Source: a virus
Taxonomy: Duplodnaviria; Caudoviricetes
Reading direction: 5' to 3' (one strand)
IMG/VR virus record: IMGVR_UViG_3300049924_000013
Coordinates: 1 to 40,469 of that record
Length of the DNA stretch: 40,469 bases
The notes beneath the pieces were generated by a model that worked only from the letters and a program-made list of their open reading frames with translations, had not been told where the DNA came from and did no database searches. Shown piece after piece: positions 36,265 to 40,469 of the stretch (positions are counted from its first letter, which is position 1; every line of letters starts with the position of its first letter). The position numbers and the translations under genes are program-made.

Positions 36265-36345
36265 TCATAGCCAGCTCATCAAAATAGCTTGCAGGAGTAT
36301 GGTGGCAACAATGATTGATGCCGCAATGATGGCTTCGTAGATCAT
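36265..36345 (-). CDS. 26 aa hydrophobic peptide
   Basis: MIYEAIIAASIIVATILLQAILMSWL; GAGGG RBS, ATGA overlap. Confidence 0.5.
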   Translation of the reverse strand: MIYEAIIAASIIVATILLQAILMSWL

Positions 36346-36524
36346 AGGTTCCCCTCAATGTTCTTTTTCAAGGCTTCGCACTTGCTGGCAATATTAGCCA
36401 GTGCAAGCATGGCCTTCTCTGCCTCCTCCACTGTTAGCGTTTTGTTCAGGGCTATGTAGTCAATACCCGCCACAAGGGCTTCAATGTGGCCGAACCAGTA
36501 GCTGTTTAAATTTCGGTTATCCAT
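36342..36524 (-). CDS. Hypothetical protein
   Basis: Start MDNRNL after AAGG. Confidence 0.6.
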   Translation of the reverse strand: MDNRNLNSYWFGHIEALVAGIDYIALNKTLTVEEAEKAMLALANIASKCEALKKNIEGNL

Positions 36525-36528
36525 TTTC

Positions 36529-36792
36529 TTACCTTTCGTAATTGGTTTCGTAGTCACGCTTCCAGGAATCGTCGTAATCATCATCTTCATCTTCCGTTAC
36601 GGATTCTAAGATCCTTTCCTCCCACAGTGCAATCATTTTAGGGTCAATGTAGTCGATCATCTCTACTGTACCAGCCCTAACAGAATAGATGTCAATAGAG
36701 GCCTCATAGCGTGGCTCATTCCAGCCATCGCCTCCAGCCTCGGTGTAATCGTACTCTACCACAATGCCATCATCAACCGTGTATGCGTTCAT
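36529..36792 (-). CDS. Acidic hypothetical protein
   Basis: GGAG RBS; D/E-rich. Confidence 0.65.
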   Translation of the reverse strand: MNAYTVDDGIVVEYDYTEAGGDGWNEPRYEASIDIYSVRAGTVEMIDYIDPKMIALWEERILESVTEDEDDDYDDSWKRDYETNYER

Positions 36793-36794
36793 TT

Positions 36795-36926
36795 TCAATT
36801 CTCCAGATCAAAATAAGATTGTACCTTTTCCCACAAGTACAGCAAGGCCGTACCGTGTAGGAGATCATACTCCATTAGTGCCAAATCCATGTCACTCTTT
36901 TGCAACAGCTCTTCTAATTCGTTCAC
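36795..36926 (-). CDS. Small hypothetical protein (43 aa, not in ORF track)
   Basis: GTGA overlap with the methyltransferase stop; fills the gap. Confidence 0.5.
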   Translation of the reverse strand: MNELEELLQKSDMDLALMEYDLLHGTALLYLWEKVQSYFDLEN

Positions 36927-37525
36927 AATGAACCCCACTGATCCGCCATTGCGGCTGCGATGCCTTTGAATGTAGTGCTTCGCAGTTTCCAGCGATCTGC
37001 ACTGGGTGGTAGCATATGGATGCGTTGTTGTTCTTTCATTGGTAGCTTGTTTGTCTCTTCCAATAGGTTGGTCGTAGGCTTCAATAGCGGGAGATTCTTA
37101 AGCCAGAGCCCTGTGCCCTTTTTCTCCATGTGCCCGAACATCCACGGCTGAATAACCTGGTTTTGTTTCCCTGCCCCGGTGCGTTCAATTGCGTACTTGT
37201 GCATTATCGGATTCTCAAGGGCTATTTTGTCAATCGGAGCATTCCAAAGGGCTTTGAAGAATGCCGCTCCATCATCCAGCTGCGCCCACCTTTCTGGCCT
37301 CCGGTGAAGCCATGAAACCCCGCTATTGGTGAGATAGGTGCACGGCGGGTGACCGATAAGCATATCCCAACCATCATCGATGATATCGAATACATCACCT
37401 TCGTAGTGTGGGCCGTTCAATGGGGCATCACTTGGCAATAGGTCGCACGATACCGCGTCATGACCCTTTGCAATGAACGCATCACGCACAGTACCGCTAT
37501 ATTCGCAAGCTACTAGGATTCTCAT
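36923..37525 (-). CDS. Short C5-cytosine DNA methyltransferase-like protein
   Basis: VACEYSG (degenerate motif I), HPPCT (motif IV), ENP (motif VI), RS.TF.GIA.AMA.QWG C-terminus. Confidence 0.8.
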   Translation of the reverse strand: MRILVACEYSGTVRDAFIAKGHDAVSCDLLPSDAPLNGPHYEGDVFDIIDDGWDMLIGHPPCTYLTNSGVSWLHRRPERWAQLDDGAAFFKALWNAPIDKIALENPIMHKYAIERTGAGKQNQVIQPWMFGHMEKKGTGLWLKNLPLLKPTTNLLEETNKLPMKEQQRIHMLPPSADRWKLRSTTFKGIAAAMADQWGSL

Positions 37526-37728
37526 TTGTTACTCCAAAGGGTTTCGACGTTAGCACAAGCTGGACTATTTTCATAGCGCATTTGGTCTTCGTGCGGGTAT
37601 ACGATAGCGTATGAGCGCCCGCCAAAGGCATTGTCGTATGCCACTATTTTGCTGCATGGCTGATCATCAGCATAGCGCCCATTGTTTGCTATCATGTGCA
37701 TAGCTGTTGCCTTGTCAATTGTTGCCAT
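37522..37728 (-). CDS. Hypothetical protein
   Basis: Start MATIDK after AAGGGG. Confidence 0.6.
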   Translation of the reverse strand: MATIDKATAMHMIANNGRYADDQPCSKIVAYDNAFGGRSYAIVYPHEDQMRYENSPACANVETLWSNK

Positions 37729-37729
37729 G

Positions 37730-37939
37730 TTAAACCCCTTTGCTAAAGTTGAAAAGCCGTTCTGATACTGGAATAAAACCATCCCATGCGTTTATAAAGT
37801 ATTCCATAGATTGAAAACCCTCAAGCTGTACGATGGCAACACATTCCCGGAAACTGCTGCAGGTTTTACCGTTGACGGTAAAGTGTCCTTTTTTGGGTAG
37901 AGGTTTCCAATCTACCCTACTAAGTGTTGATGTTACCAT
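37730..37939 (-). CDS. Hypothetical protein
   Basis: AAGGGG RBS, operon context. Confidence 0.55.
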   Translation of the reverse strand: MVTSTLSRVDWKPLPKKGHFTVNGKTCSSFRECVAIVQLEGFQSMEYFINAWDGFIPVSERLFNFSKGV

Positions 37940-38025
37940 GTTATCCCCTTAATAGTTTCAACGATAAACGGAATGGATAGCACTAGTGCCACCAGAAAAG
38001 CCTGGAAATAGTCTTCATTATGCAT
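37933..38025 (-). CDS. 30 aa single-TM peptide (not in ORF track)
   Basis: MHNEDYFQAFLVALVLSIPFIVETIKGITW; AAGGGG RBS. Confidence 0.5.
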   Translation of the reverse strand: MHNEDYFQAFLVALVLSIPFIVETIKGITW

Positions 38026-38027
38026 GA

Positions 38028-38285
38028 TTAAGCCCCTTTGTAGAGTGTTTCACCTTGATACGATACTGATACGATTGTTTCCCGATTGATCGAACGATAC
38101 CCTTCGGATTGCACATCATAGGCAATGATGTACTTTTCACGGTCTACAGTGCACATTCCACCCGCTAGGTGCTTTGTAACCCCCAGTCGAGCCGTCATTG
38201 TCCTAAGTGATCCATCGCGTTTTACAAATACGACAGTGAAAAACCGGCCGTTGCTATTGTCGATGATGTTAGAGAGTAGAGACAT
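38028..38285 (-). CDS. Sm-like/SH3 beta-barrel (WYL_2-like) protein
   Basis: FFTV.F.K.DGS.R.M.ARLGV...YD....GYRSI pattern. Confidence 0.65.
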   Translation of the reverse strand: MSLLSNIIDNSNGRFFTVVFVKRDGSLRTMTARLGVTKHLAGGMCTVDREKYIIAYDVQSEGYRSINRETIVSVSYQGETLYKGA

Positions 38286-38298
38286 GATAATTTCCTAT

Positions 38299-39018
38299 TT
38301 AGATTGCTTTGATGTTGATAATTTTACGTGCCACGCTATCGGCACGTTTAGCACCTGTGCCATGTGCAGGGAACCCGACAATTACGCTTCTATCGGCGCG
38401 TGAGCATAGCTGGCAAGTGAAGCATGAAACATTTTCCCGAATAGCCGCAGGACAGACTACTACCTTGTTCCCTGCTGGTGTTGTAAGGTTCTCTTCCTGA
38501 GTGATTGGCAATACAACGACAACGGGTAAACCTGTACTGTATAGGGTGTCAGCATGGTCTAGATCATTCGCCGATAAATTCACAGTAAAGCCCCCAATAT
38601 TGCACTCTTCCACAATCGACAGGTTCTCCTCTATGGTCATATCGTGGTGAGTGTATGTAAACCCTTTAAGGTGCTGTGAAGCTTCGCACAGTAGGCGCAT
38701 GGCTCCAGCATCGATTAAACCGCCCACATGGGGTAAATCACCGGCTTGGTTGTATCTGTAGATACTGCCCTCTTCAATCGATGCAATGGTGGCACAGTGC
38801 TCATAGAAGCCCTCACCACGTTGGTTAGCCGTTACTGCGTTCCAATGAATCCGCAGAGGGCCTGATTCGGCATAGCATCCATTTCCAAAGAATGGGCATA
38901 CCGGGCTACAGGATTCCCGAGACGACGTGGTAACGGGCATTGGACCTGTTTTCATATTGGTACTCACCATAGTGATATGGTAGGACATGGCTAGGGTGAT
39001 TTTTGATGGGTGAAACAT
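38299..39018 (-). CDS. Cys-rich, Gp88-like / radical-SAM-like Fe-S protein
   Basis: CxxxCx6CYA, R....GD, YTH, VNLS and C-terminal CPA...CxxCxxC, F.AHG. Confidence 0.65.
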   Translation of the reverse strand: MFHPSKITLAMSYHITMVSTNMKTGPMPVTTSSRESCSPVCPFFGNGCYAESGPLRIHWNAVTANQRGEGFYEHCATIASIEEGSIYRYNQAGDLPHVGGLIDAGAMRLLCEASQHLKGFTYTHHDMTIEENLSIVEECNIGGFTVNLSANDLDHADTLYSTGLPVVVVLPITQEENLTTPAGNKVVVCPAAIRENVSCFTCQLCSRADRSVIVGFPAHGTGAKRADSVARKIINIKAI

Positions 39019-39019
39019 T

Positions 39020-39142
39020 TTACCAATTCCCTGTAAGAGTGATTGTAAGGGTTGCATGATGGGCTACGAACCCGAGCCCGTCCATAGTTAGCTTACGAAT
39101 TCCTGCATAGAATGCGCTGTCGGTATCGTATACGATTTTCAT
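39020..39142 (-). CDS. Small hypothetical protein (40 aa, not in ORF track)
   Basis: MKIVYDTDSAFYAGIRKL...; AAAGGG RBS; fills the gap. Confidence 0.5.
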   Translation of the reverse strand: MKIVYDTDSAFYAGIRKLTMDGLGFVAHHATLTITLTGNW

Positions 39143-39145
39143 GGC

Positions 39146-39334
39146 TTACCCTTTCTTGTTAAGTTTGGCGATAGCTTGCTCGGTGAGTTTGTAGCTATCG
39201 AATTCAATGTTATAGCCCAACACGTTGAGCGCTTGTTCTACTGCCTTTGCATTATCTAATGTAGGGCTAGACTGTTTAATGAGCTTGGCCACGTTGATAA
39301 GGGCCGTTACTGTGTGCAGTGATTTAGGTACCAT
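39146..39334 (-). CDS. Early hypothetical protein
   Basis: Start MVPKSL after GGAAAG, just downstream of sigma54 site P3. Confidence 0.6.
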   Translation of the reverse strand: MVPKSLHTVTALINVAKLIKQSSPTLDNAKAVEQALNVLGYNIEFDSYKLTEQAIAKLNKKG

Positions 39335-39359
39335 GATTTTCTTTCCAAAGGTTAAAGGG

Positions 39360-39491
39360 TTATTCTGCTTTAGCTTGCAATTGTTGTGCCAACTTTGCGG
39401 CCAGTGCAAGCCATTGAGAATAGCCCATAGGCTTTGCTTTGATCTTGATCATCCGGGCGCAATAGATAAAGTATTGGTTGGATTGTGACAT
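39360..39491 (-). CDS. Early small protein (43 aa, not in ORF track)
   Basis: MSQSNQYFIYCARMIK...LAQQLQAKAE; GAAAG RBS. Confidence 0.5.
   Translation of the reverse strand: MSQSNQYFIYCARMIKIKAKPMGYSQWLALAAKLAQQLQAKAE
39376..39391 (-). promoter_or_regulatory. Sigma54 promoter P3
   Basis: Minus strand TGGCAC-AACAA-TTGCA. Confidence 0.7.
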
Positions 39492-39529
39492 GGTTTTTCT
39501 TTCGTTAGTGCTGGAAATTAAATTCTATC

Positions 39530-39877
39530 TCAAATTGAGTACATTTTACGACCATATCCGACGATAGTGGCTGCGCTGTCTAATGGCTTTTCTGTTTCAG
39601 CCACTACAAAGCAGTCATAGCGGTATGGATCATATGTAATGCGAGTGCCTGCAGTCTCGACACAGTCCAATGCTACTAGAGTGCCCACAATGCCTGCGTG
39701 CACATTCTTTTGTTTCTCACGCAGAACACGTTGCCGTCCCGCTTCGCTAACCTTGAAGGTGCAATTTGCAAGGGTGATCTTATCGCTATGGAAAATCACC
39801 TTACCCTTGTTCTCACCTTCCATAGCCTTTACAGACCACTTCTTGAGCTTGAGATTCATGTAGACAAAAACTTTCAT
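39530..39877 (-). CDS. Conserved phage early protein of unknown function
   Basis: VY.NL....WS.K...F.VSEAGRQRVLREK.KNVHA...Y.PY pattern familiar from many phages. Confidence 0.75.
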   Translation of the reverse strand: MKVFVYMNLKLKKWSVKAMEGENKGKVIFHSDKITLANCTFKVSEAGRQRVLREKQKNVHAGIVGTLVALDCVETAGTRITYDPYRYDCFVVAETEKPLDSAATIVGYGRKMYSI

Positions 39878-39902
39878 ATAGGCTTTCGTAGGTTGGTGTT
39901 AA

Positions 39903-40100
39903 TTACAGAGCAATGATCGTGCCATTGATTGATTTGAATAGTGACTGTGTGTTTGTCTGTTTGATTATCTGATCAATCTCTGCCTGTGTCTTAGCGTTAC
40001 CTGAACGATAGATGCAGGCCACAGTAGCTGCAAAGTATGATGGATAGCAGCCTACAAGGGCCACTGCTTTGTTGATTTGTTTCTGGTCGGCTTTGTTCAT
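39903..40100 (-). CDS. First early gene, hypothetical
   Basis: GAAAG RBS, about 32 nt downstream of the predicted P1 start site. Confidence 0.65.
   Translation of the reverse strand: MNKADQKQINKAVALVGCYPSYFAATVACIYRSGNAKTQAEIDQIIKQTNTQSLFKSINGTIIAL
39909..39924 (-). promoter_or_regulatory. Sigma54 promoter P2
   Basis: Minus strand TGGCAC-GATCA-TTGCT. Confidence 0.72.
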
Positions 40101-40142
40101 GATAGCGCTTTCTAAGGGTTAGGGTTAGGACTGCTTAGACTA

Positions 40143-40158
40143 TGCAATTGCCGTGCCA
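40143..40158 (-). promoter_or_regulatory. Sigma54 promoter P1 heading the early arm
   Basis: Minus strand TGGCAC-GGCAA-TTGCA; intergenic, 42 bp upstream of the first early ATG. Confidence 0.82.
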
Positions 40159-40206
40159 CGTCCAAATGCAGGGTTTTATAGGGTGTTTTGGTAGATATTG
40201 GCGAAT

Positions 40207-40266
40207 AGTGACATTTTTGTCCAGACAATATTGTCACTTCACTGACTAACCTGTCACTTAGTGACA
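40207..40266. promoter_or_regulatory. Cluster of GACA/TGTC dyads (candidate upstream activating sequence)
   Basis: GACA-TTTT-TGTC (40210-40221), GACA-ATAT-TGTC (40224-40235), TGTCACT-T-AGTGACA (40252-40266). Confidence 0.55.
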
Positions 40267-40300
40267 ATGCCTGCAGCATAGCCCTACACACTGCATAGCC

Positions 40301-40360
40301 TGCACCACTATGGTGCACAGCACAGGCCTGCACTGTTATGGTGCGCACCAGGTTGGTGCA
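40301..40360. promoter_or_regulatory. Three NtrC-type enhancer boxes
   Basis: TGCACCACTATGGTGCA (40301-40317), TGCACTGTTATGGTGCG (40329-40345), CGCACCAGGTTGGTGCA (40344-40360). Confidence 0.7.
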
Positions 40361-40469
40361 TAGGTAGACTGCACAGTCTAGGCTGTGACTATACCGTTCA
40401 GTCACCGACTGCACAGGCTATACAGTGACTGCACAGTCTAGTATAGGGGGGGGTGGTAGAGGCTGTGCT
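40328..40469. repeat. Terminal direct repeat / circular overlap, right copy
   Basis: Matches 1-143 with one fewer G in the homopolymer. Confidence 0.95.

Noticed and set aside
40112-40414. 100 aa minus-strand ORF across the terminal region
   Set aside because: No RBS, no recognisable protein features, and it runs over the promoter, dyads and repeats; probably spurious.
1-40469. tRNA, integrase, repressor, phage RNA polymerase or reverse transcriptase/DGR
   Set aside because: No such motifs were recognised and there is little unassigned space; a covariance-model search would be needed to exclude small RNAs.

Overview
The window is an apparently complete ~40.3 kb lytic podovirus-type dsDNA phage genome with a 143/142 bp terminal overlap (1-143 vs 40328-40469). 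Two gene arms converge on a bidirectional terminator at ~22.15 kb. The + strand arm encodes terminase, portal, a GC-richer fibre/glycine-rich module, scaffold, major capsid, tail tube proteins, tail fibre, ejection proteins and lysis genes. The - strand arm encodes small early genes, a T7-like primase-helicase, family A DNA polymerase, SSB, 5'-3' exonuclease, two homing-type endonucleases, ThyX, MazG and a class II (B12) ribonucleotide reductase. I see no phage RNA polymerase, sigma factor or integrase, so the layout resembles Zobellviridae/cobaviruses (inference). The most striking signal is non-coding. The early arm starts with three exact sigma54 (-24/-12) promoter matches (TGGCAC-N5-TTGCW). 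Upstream at enhancer distance are GACA-N4-TGTC dyads and three NtrC-type boxes (TGCACY-N5-GGTGCA; one perfect). Across the genome junction are Fur-like, IclR-like, HexR-like and TetR-like palindromes, while the late arm uses consensus sigma70 promoters. This suggests early transcription driven by host sigma54 enhancer-binding proteins, and a terminal region that acts as a host transcription-factor sensor or decoy array. All family assignments come from motif recognition by eye; no searches were run.
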